Assembly: GCA_946497695.1 (NCBI GenBank)
Contig: CAMMLJ010000004.1
Location: 1,793-65,792 of the forward strand
Reading direction: 5' to 3'
DNA length: 64,000 nucleotides
Source of the DNA: an uncultured Clostridium sp.
Lineage (GTDB): Bacteria; Bacillota; Clostridia; TANB77; CAG-508
A model generated the notes under the pieces. That model was not told the DNA's origin. It was given only the letters and a program-made list of their open reading frames with translations, and searched no databases. Shown here piece after piece: positions 45,901 through 55,675 of this stretch. A program made the translations under genes and the position numbers. Position 1 is the first letter of the stretch. Every line of letters begins with the position of its first letter.

Positions 45901-46460
45901 ATCAAACATTAAAAGAAAGATATGACTTTATGTGTGAGCAAAGACTTGACTTAGAGAACTCTATGGCAAAGCTTAGAAATGTTATTTCAGAAATGATAAC
46001 TATTATGAAAGCACAATTTAAAGAGAAATTTAAACTTATCAATAAAAACTTTGATGAAGTATTTAAAGAACTATTCGGTGGTGGAAAAGCAGAATTAATC
46101 TTAGAAAATGAAGATGATGTTTTAAATTGCGGAATAGATATTAGGGTACAACCACCAGGAAAGAAACTCCAAAACATGACTTTACTATCTGGAGGGGAGA
46201 AGGCATTTACAGCTATTGCAATTCTATTTGCAATATTAAAAATAAATCCTGCACCATTCTGTGTATTAGATGAAATTGAAGCTGCACTAGATGATGTTAA
46301 TGTTAACAGATATGCAGAATACTTAAAGAAATTTGCAAAAGATACACAATTCTTAGTAATTACACATAGAAAGGGTACTATGGAAGCAGCAGATACAGTA
46401 TATGGAATAACAATGGAAGAAAACGGAATTAGTAAACTACTTTCTATGAAATTAAAATAG
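42915..46460 (+). CDS. smc: chromosome segregation protein SMC
   Basis: MYLKRLELQGFKSFADKT, Walker A GPNGSGKSN, long coiled coils with hinge, signature LSGGEKA, Walker B FCVLDEIEAALD. Confidence 0.95.
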   Translation: MYLKRLELQGFKSFADKTVLEFMPGITTVIGPNGSGKSNISDAIRWVLGEQSIKSLRGAKSEDIIFAGTQNRKSLGFAEASLVFNNDDGKLPIEYAEVTVTRRIYRTGETGYFINKTPCRLKDILELFMDTGIGKDGYSIIGQGKIDEILSNKSEDRRHIFEEAAGIVKYRSRKEDSEKKLERAKLNLLRINDILSEIENNMEPLKIQSEKAKKFLSLREELKGIEVGLFLYNIDLYKERLEKITADEDIMNSTYENEQKSQEEKNEKKNKLKVEINNLIEEIESMQNIGFESSNQIEKINSNINVSEERINNIQENNKRYETEIAEINEKIVELEEEKKQKIAKKENLFNNKEKFEKELKEKEEELNQLTAKLSDKQLEIEKKKKTIEENTDKKYEVQNDINTQDVTTDSVEKNIKAKTEELELTISELDQSRLKKSEIEQNFIEIESKRNKLKNDLSEIENKKIEADNKIKSFETEINNLGQEIRIKEARLKFLEETEKEKEGYTKSVKALLKSADMNPELKKGLHDVIANLLNVKKEYEVAIEMSLGASLQNVVTETEQEAKILIEYLRKNNLGRVTFLPISAVKGKKLDRANLNIKGVIGIASDLVQYDKKYDGIFNNLLGRTVIVDDMEAGIAVAKKNNYAFRVVTLKGDIINSSGAMTGGSVQTKTVNILGRSREIEALKEELNKLNSSLKNKEKEKEEYLASIEELLETIEHLENNLQEIDIEYATQKQKVELISENVEKLTVRMDKTKQEIENLNNQKKDIAENKEKLKEDLSKLEKEIQTLNLEVEEFVKLNKDDQTYIDNLNMDITNLKISVSSFEESEMSIDEMTERINNDIQNNKNSIKAKNEQIEQNKQEEENLRAQIEEFKAKIIEIKENVKNSGSKIEELKKNKNEKNTELEKIEKEIEEQFGRLQDLKEQLVKIDLKKNKTSQDLEDVINRMWEEYELTPNNAEGFVKTTDPAKTQKEVNYLRNQIRDLGSINIDSIKEYQTLKERYDFMCEQRLDLENSMAKLRNVISEMITIMKAQFKEKFKLINKNFDEVFKELFGGGKAELILENEDDVLNCGIDIRVQPPGKKLQNMTLLSGGEKAFTAIAILFAILKINPAPFCVLDEIEAALDDVNVNRYAEYLKKFAKDTQFLVITHRKGTMEAADTVYGITMEENGISKLLSMKLK

Positions 46461-46463
46461 AAA

Positions 46464-46552
46464 TTAGGGATATGGGGACATTCCTAGAAAATTGGGACAT
46501 TCCCAGAAAATTGGGACATTCCCAGGGATTTGGGGACGTTCCTTTTTTCCCT
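46464..46552 (+). repeat. REP-like tandem array (locus K): four forward units, 19-20 nt period
   Basis: TAGGGATATGGGGACATTCC / TAGAAAATTGGGACATTCC / CAGAAAATTGGGACATTCC / CAGGGATTTGGGGACGTTCCTTTTTTCCCTC. Confidence 0.9.
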
Positions 46553-46568
46553 CTTGTATGAACAATAT

Positions 46569-46595
46569 AGCCAACTAGATTTTATCTAGTTGGCT
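46569..46595. terminator. 12-bp perfect hairpin between convergent smc and ytaF
   Basis: AGCCAACTAGAT / ATCTAGTTGGCT, loop TTT; no clean T-run. Confidence 0.45.
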
Positions 46596-46635
46596 AAGAA
46601 ATCTCTATTAAAAATATGGATTTTTAGAAACGTCC

Positions 46636-47265
46636 TTATGTCCCGATTCCTCTCAAAATCCCAATAACTATTAATATAATACCAGATATTATATTCCATT
46701 TTTTTAAGGATGTGTTATACAACACAATTCGCTTACCAAGAATAATTCCAGCATTAAGAAAAATGAATTGAAAAAGAGGTACAAGTATAGGAAATAGTAA
46801 ACTATATATTCCAAATGATGAACTTGTAATACCAACACATATAGAATCTAAAGAAAGAGCAAACGCTAAGTATAATGCTTCATTTTTTTCAATTACTTTT
46901 GAGTTATTTAAATCAGAAGAGATTGGATTTCTAATGATTTGTATTGTTATACCTAAAGATTTTAGAAATATCTTATGACTTTTATATTCTTTTTTTTCAT
47001 TAGTATTCATTGCTTCATATATAATTAAAAATCCCATTAGGTATAGAAGAATTACACTAATAATTTTTATTACATTAGCCGGAAGGATAGAAATTAGGAA
47101 ATATCCAAACGCAACAGAAATACCTACAAAAAGTAAAGAAACAAAAAACAAGATAAATTTTGCAGGAGTAGATAATGATGTTTTCCTAAGCCCATATGTA
47201 ATTCCAATCCCAAACGAATCAATACTAACAGATAAAGCAAGCAGGATAATAGTAATTAGCATCAT
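46636..47265 (-). CDS. ytaF: sporulation membrane protein YtaF (MntP/DUF204-like)
   Basis: 209 aa; LSVSIDSFGIGITYGLRK N-terminal motif repeated in the C-terminal half (LSLDSICVGITSS). Confidence 0.75.
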   Translation of the reverse strand: MMLITIILLALSVSIDSFGIGITYGLRKTSLSTPAKFILFFVSLLFVGISVAFGYFLISILPANVIKIISVILLYLMGFLIIYEAMNTNEKKEYKSHKIFLKSLGITIQIIRNPISSDLNNSKVIEKNEALYLAFALSLDSICVGITSSSFGIYSLLFPILVPLFQFIFLNAGIILGKRIVLYNTSLKKWNIISGIILIVIGILRGIGT

Positions 47266-47370
47266 ATCACCTCTATATATAATATGTAAACCAAAAAAAT
47301 AAGTGAAATTTAGGAATAAAAAAATAGTATAAGCATATAAATTAATAAACTATACAAAGGAGAGATTTAT

Positions 47371-49983
47371 ATGTGGCATACTAAAAATATTAAAGAAGTA
47401 GAAAAAGAACTAAGGACAAACATTAAGACTGGTTTGGGAGATAAAGATGTACTAATAAGACAGGATGAATTTGGAAAAAACAAGATAGAAGAGGGAAAAA
47501 AGGAAAGCTTATTAGTAAAATTTATAAATCAGTTTAAAGATTTTATGATAATAATTTTAATTATCGCGGCAATAATTTCAGCCATTGTAAGTTATTTAGA
47601 AGGGACAGGCGATTATTTTGATTCTATAATAATTATTGCTATAGTTGTGTTTAATGGAATAATGGGATTAATTCAAGAAGCAAAAGCAGAAAAATCTATA
47701 GAGGCATTAAAGAAAATGTCTGCACCTGTAGCGAAAGTTAGAAGAAATGGAAAGGTAATTACTGTAAATGGCGAAGATATAGTACCAGGTGATATCGTTA
47801 TTTTAGAAACAGGTTGTTATGTTCCAGCAGATATTAGATTAATAAATACATATAATTTAAAAGTAGAAGAGTCTAGTTTAACAGGAGAAACAGAGGCAGT
47901 AGAAAAAGATGAGAATGCAGTATTTAATAACCAAAAAATTCCTCTAGGAGATATGAAAAATATGGTTTTTGCAGGTACAGCGGTAGTAAATGGACATGCA
48001 GAAGGCATAGTAACGAATATTGGGATGAATACAGAAGTTGGAAAAATTGCAAGTATGATAATAACAAATGAAGCTCCACAAACACCAATTCAAAAGAAAT
48101 TAAGTGAAGTAGGTAAAGTGCTTGGAATAGCATGTGTAGTTATTTGTGCTTTTATCTTTGTTATAGGAGTTATAAAGAAAATATCAGTAGTAGAAATGTT
48201 TATGACATCAGTAGGCTTAGCTGTTGCTGCAATTCCAGAAGGTTTGCCTGCAATTGTTACGATAATTCTTTCTATTGCAGTTACAAAAATGGCAAAGAGA
48301 AATGCAATAATAAGAAAGCTACCTGCAGTTGAAACATTAGGAAGTAGTAAAGTAATTTGTTCAGACAAAACAGGGACACTTACAGAAAATAATATGAAAG
48401 TAGTAGAGATTATAGGCAATAAAAATAAAATCCTAGAATATGGAGCATTATGCTGTAATTGTGAAATAAATGAGGGAGTAGTAGAAGGGGAGCCTACAGA
48501 GGTTGCAATAGTAAAAGAAGCAGTTAAAGAAAAACAAAACAAAGTATTACCACGAATTTGCGAGATTCCATTTGACTCTAATAGAAAATTAATGACAACA
48601 GTTAACGAATTAGAAAATGGAAAGTATAGAATTATAACAAAAGGTGCTCCAGAAATATTATTAGGTATTTGTGACTATTACGAAGAAAACAATAATGTAC
48701 ATGATATGAATAGTACATTTTTAAGTAAGATAAAAAATAAAAATGAAAAAATGGCAGAAAAGGCGTTAAGGGTATTAGGAGTTGCATATTTAGATGTAGA
48801 TATAATGCCAAAAGAAATAGAACCAGACTTTTTAGAAAAAGGACTAATTTTTGTAGGTTTAATTGGAATGATTGATCCACCAAGAAAAGGAGTAAAAGAA
48901 GCAGTTTTAGCTTGTAGAAGAGCTGGTATAAAAACTGTAATGATTACAGGAGATCATATTACAACTGCTAAAGCTATTGCAAAAGATTTAAAGATACTAA
49001 AGGGAAGAGAGCTAGCAATAACTGGGCAAGAATTAGATAAAATTCCATACAGTAAATTGGAAAAAGATATAATGAATTATTCTGTATTTGCAAGAGTCAC
49101 TCCGGAGCATAAAGTAAGAATTGTTAAAGCTTTTCAAAAAACTGGAGCTGTAGTTGCAATGACTGGTGATGGCGTAAATGATGCCCCTGCATTAAAAAAG
49201 TCTGATATAGGAATTGCAATGGGACTTAAAGGAACTGATGTAGCCAAAAATGCAGCAGATATGATTTTAAATGATGATAATTTTGTTACAATAGTAGATG
49301 CAGTAAAGCAAGGAAGAAATATTTTTGATAATATTAAAAAAGCTATACATTTTTTAATTGCGACTAATATAGGGGAGATAGTTACAATATTTGTAGGACT
49401 ATTACTGGGAGTAAAATCTCCATTGCTTGCAATACAATTATTATGGGTAAATTTAGTTACAGATTCTTTGCCAGCCATAGCATTAGGATTAGAACCACCA
49501 GAAAAAAATATAATGAATAGACCACCAAGAGATTCTAGAAAAAGTATATTTGCAGATGGATTAATGGGAAAAATTGTGGTAGAAGGATTTATGATTGGAA
49601 TGTTTACAATTTTAGCATTTTTCATAGGAAATAAATATTATGGAATTGAAGTTGCGAGAACCATGGCATTTATAAGTTTAGGAATGCTAGAATTAATACA
49701 CAGTTTTAATGTAAAAAGTGAAGAGTCAATATTTAAAGTAGGTTTGTTCGAAAATAAATATTTGTTGGGAGCATTTGTGTTAGGAACAGTATTACAACTA
49801 GGTATAGTATTTGTACCAAGCTTAGCAGAAATATTTAAGTTAACACAGCTAAACTCTACACAATGGTTAATAACTCTAGCAATATCCATTGCACCAATAA
49901 TTATAGTAGAGATTCAAAAGAAATTTAATGAATTAAAATTTGGAAAAGTTGTATATGATTATAAGACACGTCAAGAAGTATAG
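47371..49983 (+). CDS. cation-transporting P-type ATPase (Ca2+-ATPase, P2A/YloB-like)
   Basis: 870 aa; TGES, DKTGTLT, TGDHITTA, TGDGVNDAPAL. Confidence 0.9.
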   Translation: MWHTKNIKEVEKELRTNIKTGLGDKDVLIRQDEFGKNKIEEGKKESLLVKFINQFKDFMIIILIIAAIISAIVSYLEGTGDYFDSIIIIAIVVFNGIMGLIQEAKAEKSIEALKKMSAPVAKVRRNGKVITVNGEDIVPGDIVILETGCYVPADIRLINTYNLKVEESSLTGETEAVEKDENAVFNNQKIPLGDMKNMVFAGTAVVNGHAEGIVTNIGMNTEVGKIASMIITNEAPQTPIQKKLSEVGKVLGIACVVICAFIFVIGVIKKISVVEMFMTSVGLAVAAIPEGLPAIVTIILSIAVTKMAKRNAIIRKLPAVETLGSSKVICSDKTGTLTENNMKVVEIIGNKNKILEYGALCCNCEINEGVVEGEPTEVAIVKEAVKEKQNKVLPRICEIPFDSNRKLMTTVNELENGKYRIITKGAPEILLGICDYYEENNNVHDMNSTFLSKIKNKNEKMAEKALRVLGVAYLDVDIMPKEIEPDFLEKGLIFVGLIGMIDPPRKGVKEAVLACRRAGIKTVMITGDHITTAKAIAKDLKILKGRELAITGQELDKIPYSKLEKDIMNYSVFARVTPEHKVRIVKAFQKTGAVVAMTGDGVNDAPALKKSDIGIAMGLKGTDVAKNAADMILNDDNFVTIVDAVKQGRNIFDNIKKAIHFLIATNIGEIVTIFVGLLLGVKSPLLAIQLLWVNLVTDSLPAIALGLEPPEKNIMNRPPRDSRKSIFADGLMGKIVVEGFMIGMFTILAFFIGNKYYGIEVARTMAFISLGMLELIHSFNVKSEESIFKVGLFENKYLLGAFVLGTVLQLGIVFVPSLAEIFKLTQLNSTQWLITLAISIAPIIIVEIQKKFNELKFGKVVYDYKTRQEV

Positions 49984-49996
49984 GTTAAATAGTAAT

Positions 49997-50031
49997 AAAA
50001 AACATCTCATTATATAAATGAGATGTTTTTT
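49997..50031. terminator. bidirectional intrinsic terminator
   Basis: AAAAAACATCTCAT / ATGAGATGTTTTTT flanked by A- and T-runs, between convergent genes. Confidence 0.85.
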
Positions 50032-50032
50032 G

Positions 50033-52357
50033 CTATTGATTAGTTCCATCATTTTCTGTTGATAAAGTTAATTTTATAATAGTACCTTCCTCAACAGCAG
50101 TGTCTACCATTATGCTTTGACTGATAACTGTTCCAGATCCTTCTGTTGTAATGTTTAAATTATTTGCTTTTGCCATATTTTCTGCTTGGGCTAAAGTTTT
50201 ATCTTTAAAATCAGGAACCTTTACAGAAACTCTTGTATCATTTTCTTCTGTATATAGAACTATAATAGAGTTCTTTGGAATACTAGATCCAGGCTTTGGT
50301 GTTTGGTCTGTTACTAGAGTAGAATTTTTATCACCACTAATATTTACTTTTGTAGTAAATCCAGCTTGTTTTAATAATTTTTCTGCTTCTGTAACTGTTT
50401 TATTTCTAATATCAGGAACTGTTGCATAACTTGTATCTTCTTCTACAGTATCAGTAGAAGTTTGAGCATTGCTAGAAGTCAAACCTAAATAAGGTAATAT
50501 TTCAGATAACATTTGTGAAACTACAGGTCCACAAACTTGACCACCTTGGTGACTACCTTCATTATTAGGATTTGGGTTATGTACAGCAATTAATAAACAT
50601 ATTTCTGGTTTTTCTGTAGGAGCAATTGCAACATATGATGCAATATAACCTTCATCTTCACGTCCTGCCTGTGGTTCTGATGTACCAGTTTTTCCACCGA
50701 TAGAATATCCTTCAACTTTTGCAAGTCTACCAGAACCGTCATCTACAACTGATTTCATTAAATTTCTCATTCTTTCAGAAGTAGACTTAGAAATAACTTG
50801 TCTTACTTGAACTGGCTCAATATCTGTAGTAGTACCAGTTTCTGGATTTATAATTTGTTTTACAATCCTTGGTTTCATTAAAATACCGTCATTTGCAATT
50901 GCAGAAACTGCAGAAACTAATTGGATTGGTGTGATAGTAAATCTTTGTCCAAAAGACATTGTAGCAAGTTCTACGTCTTTAACATCTTCTAATTCCCAAT
51001 ATGTACTACTAGCTTCTTGAGGTAATTCTATACCTGTTTTATCAAAAAATCCAAATGCTTGGTAATATTTGTATAAAGTTTCAGCACCAATACGTTGTCC
51101 TAATTGTATTAAAGAAGGGTTACAAGAAACTTGTAGGGCTTGTCTTAGAGTTTTTGCACCTTTATGGCCTTGTGTCCAACAACTAATATTTCTATCTGCT
51201 ACTTCGATTGATCCATTACAATAAAAATCATTAGGAACATCTTCACTAGTAATATTTTCTTCTAATGCAGTTGCAGCAGTTATCAACTTATAAGGAGAAC
51301 CTGGTTCATAAGGTGAAGATACTACATTGTTTTTCCACATATTATATAATGCATCAGATTGCGCAGTAGAATCTAAAGTATCCCATGTAGCTTTTAATTC
51401 TTCTGTATTTGGCTCGAAAGGTGTATTAAGATTGTAATCCGGATAGCAGGCCATACCTAGAATATCTCCTGTACTTGGAGCCATTGCTACTACCGTGCCA
51501 CTTTCGGCATTGTTTTCTACTACTGCTTGTTTTAGATATTTTTCTAATACAGTTTGAATATAATAATCTATAGTTAAAACAATATCACTACCATTTTCTG
51601 CAGGAATATAAGTTTGATTGCTATCTGGAATTTCTTCTTGAATTGCATCTGTTGATGTCGTTATTTTACCGGGAGTACCTTGAAGTACACTATTCCAACT
51701 GTCTTCTATTCCTTGAATACCAGTATTGTCTGTTCCACAAAATCCAATTAAGTTAGAAGCTAAATTATTATATGGATATACTCTTTTAGTATCTTCATCA
51801 ATATTAATACCAGTACTTATTTTTTCTGTGTCCATCCATTCCTTTAATTTATCAATTTTATCTTTATCAACTTTTTTAGCTATAGTTTGAACATTAGAAG
51901 TACTATTTACTTTTTCTAAAGTTTCATTATAATCTAGTTCAAAAATTTCAGAAAATGCTTTAGCAACCTTTTCTTTTTTAGCTTTAGTTTCTTCATCATT
52001 AGACCCAACTATTTTTTTAGGATTAATAGTTACAGTATCTGTTGGTGTACTAATTGCTAGAGTCTTACCTGTAGAATCGTATATTGTACCCCTGCTAGTA
52101 CTTATGATTTGATCAGTAGTTTGTTGGTTATAAGCCTGTTCTTTTAAATCCGAACCCTGAACAAATTGCAACCATATGAGTCTAATAATTAAAAGCAAAA
52201 ATATGATTAACAAAGAAGCTAGTACAATTCTAAACTTTTTAACAGCCAATAAATTAGTAGAAAATTCATTATTGGCAGATTTATATAATTTATTATTACT
52301 GTTTTTTGTCTTGGGTAAATTAAATTTATTATTATTATTTTTCTTCATCTGCATCAC
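50033..52357 (-). CDS. class B penicillin-binding protein with two C-terminal PASTA domains (PBP2B/FtsI/SpoVD family)
   Basis: 774 aa; N-terminal TM, SxxK (GSPYK), SxN (SCN), KTGT, two PASTA repeats. Confidence 0.85.
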   Translation of the reverse strand: MMQMKKNNNNKFNLPKTKNSNNKLYKSANNEFSTNLLAVKKFRIVLASLLIIFLLLIIRLIWLQFVQGSDLKEQAYNQQTTDQIISTSRGTIYDSTGKTLAISTPTDTVTINPKKIVGSNDEETKAKKEKVAKAFSEIFELDYNETLEKVNSTSNVQTIAKKVDKDKIDKLKEWMDTEKISTGINIDEDTKRVYPYNNLASNLIGFCGTDNTGIQGIEDSWNSVLQGTPGKITTSTDAIQEEIPDSNQTYIPAENGSDIVLTIDYYIQTVLEKYLKQAVVENNAESGTVVAMAPSTGDILGMACYPDYNLNTPFEPNTEELKATWDTLDSTAQSDALYNMWKNNVVSSPYEPGSPYKLITAATALEENITSEDVPNDFYCNGSIEVADRNISCWTQGHKGAKTLRQALQVSCNPSLIQLGQRIGAETLYKYYQAFGFFDKTGIELPQEASSTYWELEDVKDVELATMSFGQRFTITPIQLVSAVSAIANDGILMKPRIVKQIINPETGTTTDIEPVQVRQVISKSTSERMRNLMKSVVDDGSGRLAKVEGYSIGGKTGTSEPQAGREDEGYIASYVAIAPTEKPEICLLIAVHNPNPNNEGSHQGGQVCGPVVSQMLSEILPYLGLTSSNAQTSTDTVEEDTSYATVPDIRNKTVTEAEKLLKQAGFTTKVNISGDKNSTLVTDQTPKPGSSIPKNSIIVLYTEENDTRVSVKVPDFKDKTLAQAENMAKANNLNITTEGSGTVISQSIMVDTAVEEGTIIKLTLSTENDGTNQ

Positions 52358-52374
52358 CTAAATTTATATTAAAA

Positions 52375-52445
52375 GGATTTGGATAGGGATTTGGGACATT
52401 CCTTTTTTCCCTAATAGGGATTTGGGGACGTTCCTTAAATCCCTA
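52375..52445 (+). repeat. REP-like cluster (locus L): two forward units (T-tract type, then hairpin type)
   Basis: GGGATTTGGGACATTCCTTTTTTCCCT and TAGGGATTTGGGGACGTTCCTTAAATCCCTA. Confidence 0.9.
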
Positions 52446-52520
52446 TTATAAAATACTGCATATATTGTATATTAAGTGTATGTTAAAATCAATAAAAACA
52501 CAGATTTTTCACAAAAGAGT

Positions 52521-52550
52521 TTGACATAATTAACTTAAGCTTGCTATAAT
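52521..52550 (+). promoter_or_regulatory. sigma-A type promoter of rsmA
   Basis: TTGACA, 18 nt, TG-extended TATAAT. Confidence 0.6.
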
Positions 52551-52603
52551 AAAAAAAGTGTATAAACAGTACATATAGCACGATAAAAAGGTTAGGAGAT
52601 ACT

Positions 52604-53458
52604 ATGAATTTATATGAAGAAACAAAATTCTTAATGGATAAATATAATATTAAAGCTAATAAAAATCTTGGACAAAACTTCTTAGTAGATGAAAACGTTA
52701 TAGAGACAGCTATAGAAAAATCAAATATAAATGAAGAGGATTTAGTAATCGAAATAGGTCCAGGACTTGGGACACTTACAAAATATTTATTAGAAAATGC
52801 AGGAAGAGTTATATGTGTAGAATTAGATAAAAGAATGATAAAAATATTAGAAGAAAGATTTTTTCTTTATAAAAACTTTGAAGTAATTAATAATGACATA
52901 TTAAAAGTAGATTTAAATGAAATTATAAAGCAAGCAAAAGAGAAATATAATTTAAAAAATGCAAAAATTGTTGCAAATCTACCTTACTATATAACTACTC
53001 CAATAATTATGAAATTGTTAGAAAGTAAGATTGATATTACAAGTATAACTGTAATGATACAAAAAGAAGTAGCAGATCGTTTAGCAGAAATTCCAGGAGG
53101 AAAAAATACTGGCGCTATAACATATACAGTGTATTATTATGGTAAAACAGAAAAATTACTAGAAGTGCCCAAAAGTTCTTTTATTCCAGAACCCTCTGTG
53201 ACATCAGAAGTAATAAAGATAAATATAAGAAAAGAACCACCAGTAAAAGTACAAAATGAAGAGCAATTTTTTAAACTAATAAAAGTAGCATTTTTACAAA
53301 GAAGAAAGACATTATTAAATTCGCTAACTAATAATGGAATATCAAACAAAGAAGAGCTAACACAGCTATTAAAGAAATTAAATATAGACGAAAAAATAAG
53401 AAGCGAAAAGTTAACAATAGAGCAATTTGCAGAGCTTTCTAATGAGCTTAATGTATAA
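52604..53458 (+). CDS. rsmA: 16S rRNA (adenine1518/1519-N6)-dimethyltransferase RsmA/KsgA
   Basis: KNLGQNFLVDENV, EIGPGLGTLT, NLPYYITTPI. Confidence 0.95.
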   Translation: MNLYEETKFLMDKYNIKANKNLGQNFLVDENVIETAIEKSNINEEDLVIEIGPGLGTLTKYLLENAGRVICVELDKRMIKILEERFFLYKNFEVINNDILKVDLNEIIKQAKEKYNLKNAKIVANLPYYITTPIIMKLLESKIDITSITVMIQKEVADRLAEIPGGKNTGAITYTVYYYGKTEKLLEVPKSSFIPEPSVTSEVIKINIRKEPPVKVQNEEQFFKLIKVAFLQRRKTLLNSLTNNGISNKEELTQLLKKLNIDEKIRSEKLTIEQFAELSNELNV

Positions 53459-53529
53459 ATTTGTTATTGCCAAAGATATATTAAAATGATATAATAAGTT
53501 TGTAAAAAAAGGATAAGAAGGAGGTAAAC

Positions 53530-54270
53530 ATGAATCAAATTCTGGTTACAGAAAAATTATATATAACACCCGAAATAAAACGAAAAAAGAAGGTATATAA
53601 ATTTGAATTTTTTATTTCGCTTGTAGTAGTTTGTGTATTATCTTCTTATTACATATATGCAGAATATAATAAAAGCAGAGATGAGGCGGTTTCACAAGAT
53701 ATATTAGCACAGGCAAATATAGTTGGAGAAGACCAGACTACTAAACCTACTGATAAATTAGTTGTAATGCTTAATAATGATGTAAATACTATAGGAACAG
53801 ATAATGATGCAATGGCTAGTTTAGATGAAGAAACTAAAAGTGTATTATCAGAAGAATTTATAACTGCAGATGGACAAGTATATACACCAATTGCCACTAT
53901 TAGAATCCAAAAAATAAATATATATTACCCGATTCTTTCAGAAACGACAGAAGAGTTATTAAAGAAAGCACCAACAAAATTTTGGGGATGTGATCCAAAT
54001 GAAGTAGGTAATTTTTGTATAGCAGGACATAATTACAGAAATAAAAAATTCTTTAGTAAAGTACCAACTTTGGAAAACGGAGATATTATAGAAATAACAG
54101 ATACAAAAGGAAGAACCGTAAAATATACGGTTTATAATAAATATACTGTTACAGAAGAAGATATGTCACCAACAAGTCCATTAACTAATGGAAGAAAAGA
54201 TATTACATTAATAACTTGTACAGATGATTCAAAAGAAAGAGTAATAGTAAAAGCAACAGAGGTGTTATAA
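53530..54270 (+). CDS. sortase-family cysteine transpeptidase
   Basis: 246 aa; N-terminal TM, IAGHNYRN His motif, TLITC catalytic Cys motif. Confidence 0.8.
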   Translation: MNQILVTEKLYITPEIKRKKKVYKFEFFISLVVVCVLSSYYIYAEYNKSRDEAVSQDILAQANIVGEDQTTKPTDKLVVMLNNDVNTIGTDNDAMASLDEETKSVLSEEFITADGQVYTPIATIRIQKINIYYPILSETTEELLKKAPTKFWGCDPNEVGNFCIAGHNYRNKKFFSKVPTLENGDIIEITDTKGRTVKYTVYNKYTVTEEDMSPTSPLTNGRKDITLITCTDDSKERVIVKATEVL

Positions 54271-54446
54271 TGGAATATAATGTAGGGGATATAGTAAGAA
54301 CAAAAAAGCCACATCCATGTGGAAGTAAATTGTGGAAAATAACAAGAGTAGGTGTAGACTTTGGGTTAAAATGTGAAGGATGTGGACATTTTATATTAGT
54401 AGAAAGACAAAAAGCTTTAAAAATGATAACTAAAAAAATAGAATAA
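54270..54446 (+). CDS. DUF951-family small protein (missed by the >=60-aa ORF track)
   Basis: 58 aa MEYNVGDIVRTKKPHPCGSKLWKITRVGVDFGLKCEGCGHFILVERQKALKMITKKIE; ATG overlaps the sortase stop (TAATG). Confidence 0.75.
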   Translation: MEYNVGDIVRTKKPHPCGSKLWKITRVGVDFGLKCEGCGHFILVERQKALKMITKKIE

Positions 54447-54448
54447 GA

Positions 54449-54481
54449 TAGGGATTTAGGGACGTTCCTCTAAAATCCCTA
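54449..54481 (+). repeat. REP-like hairpin unit (locus M)
   Basis: TAGGGATTTAGGGACGTTCCTCTAAAATCCCTA followed by T6. Confidence 0.9.
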
Positions 54482-54489
54482 TTTTTTAT

Positions 54490-54517
54490 TTGAAAAATCA
54501 GGAATTTGTGATAAAAT
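54490..54517 (+). promoter_or_regulatory. promoter-like element for the 348-aa ORF
   Basis: TTGAAA, 16 nt, TG-extended TAAAAT. Confidence 0.35.
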
Positions 54518-54622
54518 ATTTGTAACTTATAAGTTGAAGCTTACCTAGAATAATAATTTAAGGAAAGGGTGATGTACAGCAAAAAATAGGAACTCGTTAA
54601 TCAGGATAGAAAGGAGAGGTCT

Positions 54623-55669
54623 ATGTTTAAAGTAGTATTACGGTCTATAGAAGCTATCGACATTGTAGCAAGACACTACTTTGCTGAAGAAGGCATTAAG
54701 ATTACCATATCTGGTGAACTAAGTTTCGAAGAGGAAACAATGAACAGAGCTACAGAAATATTTGCAATGCTCTTAGAAAGAAATTTAGTATCACCTGAGA
54801 ATGTAGAGTTTGTAGCTACTGAAGTAAGCTCAGAGCAACAAGTAGAAAAACATGCAAAGAGCAGTCAACCAGATGATTCTCACATTACTAGCAAATGTGA
54901 GGAAAAATCTATCAAAGATAGAGTCTATGACTTCATCTGCGAACTTTATCCCGAAAAGGTAACAATTAAAGATGTTTCGGTTAAATTAGGATTGAAATAT
55001 CAATCTACAATTACTGCCATCTTGAAATTGTACAAAGAGGGAAAAGTAGAGAAAGATACTAAGAAGAGATATTTTAAAAAAGTATCTGCAGCTGAAATGG
55101 TGGAAAAAGTAGTATCGATTGCTAAAGAGGAATCTTCAGCAAATGAAGAAATGCAAACGGGCGCTTCAAATAATTCAAGAATAGAGCAAACCGAAACTAC
55201 AGCTACTGAACCAGCTACCAGTGCAGAAAGCGAGAAATTCCCCGAATATACTTCGATAGAGAAGGCAAAAACAATGGTAGAAGCTTTTTCGAAAGAAAAG
55301 AATCTAGAGATTTTAGAGTATATCTTCTTTTACAGAAAGAGAAACTTTGAAGTCAAAAAGCTAAGGGCAAAGTTTAATCGGGAATTAGATCAAGTGTCAA
55401 ATATCATAAAGATATTGGCTGAAAAATCAATAATCATTTTTGATGAAAAACTTCCGTCGGAAGGGCGTTATGTTATTCAGCCAATGTGGCGAATGTATGC
55501 AATTTTACTTAATAGTATAGCTCCTATGGAAGAAGGAGCTTTAAGAACTGCAGTTGAGATAGGAACTAGTGACTTCAATAAACTGATGGAACAGGCATTA
55601 AACGATGGAATCGTTGAGAAGGCCGAAGAAAAACGGGTAACAAGATACAATGCTGTAACAGAATTTTAA
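54623..55669 (+). CDS. hypothetical protein (348 aa) with several winged-helix-like segments, compositionally atypical
   Basis: RBS GAAAGGAGAGG. wHTH-like stretches (VTIKDVSVKLGLKYQSTITAILKLYKEGKVEK; ILEYIFFYRKRNFEVKKLRAKF..VSNIIKILAEKSIIIF; ALRTAVEIGTSDFNKLMEQALNDGIVEK). Ser/Thr/Glu-rich linker. Confidence 0.65.
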   Translation: MFKVVLRSIEAIDIVARHYFAEEGIKITISGELSFEEETMNRATEIFAMLLERNLVSPENVEFVATEVSSEQQVEKHAKSSQPDDSHITSKCEEKSIKDRVYDFICELYPEKVTIKDVSVKLGLKYQSTITAILKLYKEGKVEKDTKKRYFKKVSAAEMVEKVVSIAKEESSANEEMQTGASNNSRIEQTETTATEPATSAESEKFPEYTSIEKAKTMVEAFSKEKNLEILEYIFFYRKRNFEVKKLRAKFNRELDQVSNIIKILAEKSIIIFDEKLPSEGRYVIQPMWRMYAILLNSIAPMEEGALRTAVEIGTSDFNKLMEQALNDGIVEKAEEKRVTRYNAVTEF

Positions 55670-55675
55670 ATGATA

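Noticed and set aside
12104-54800. Apparent similarity between the 67-aa protein and the N-terminus of the 348-aa protein (shared M...V....EEG[LI].I...G pattern at identical positions)
   Set aside because: Only about 7 identities in 48 ungapped positions. This is not distinguishable from chance without profile or structure comparison.
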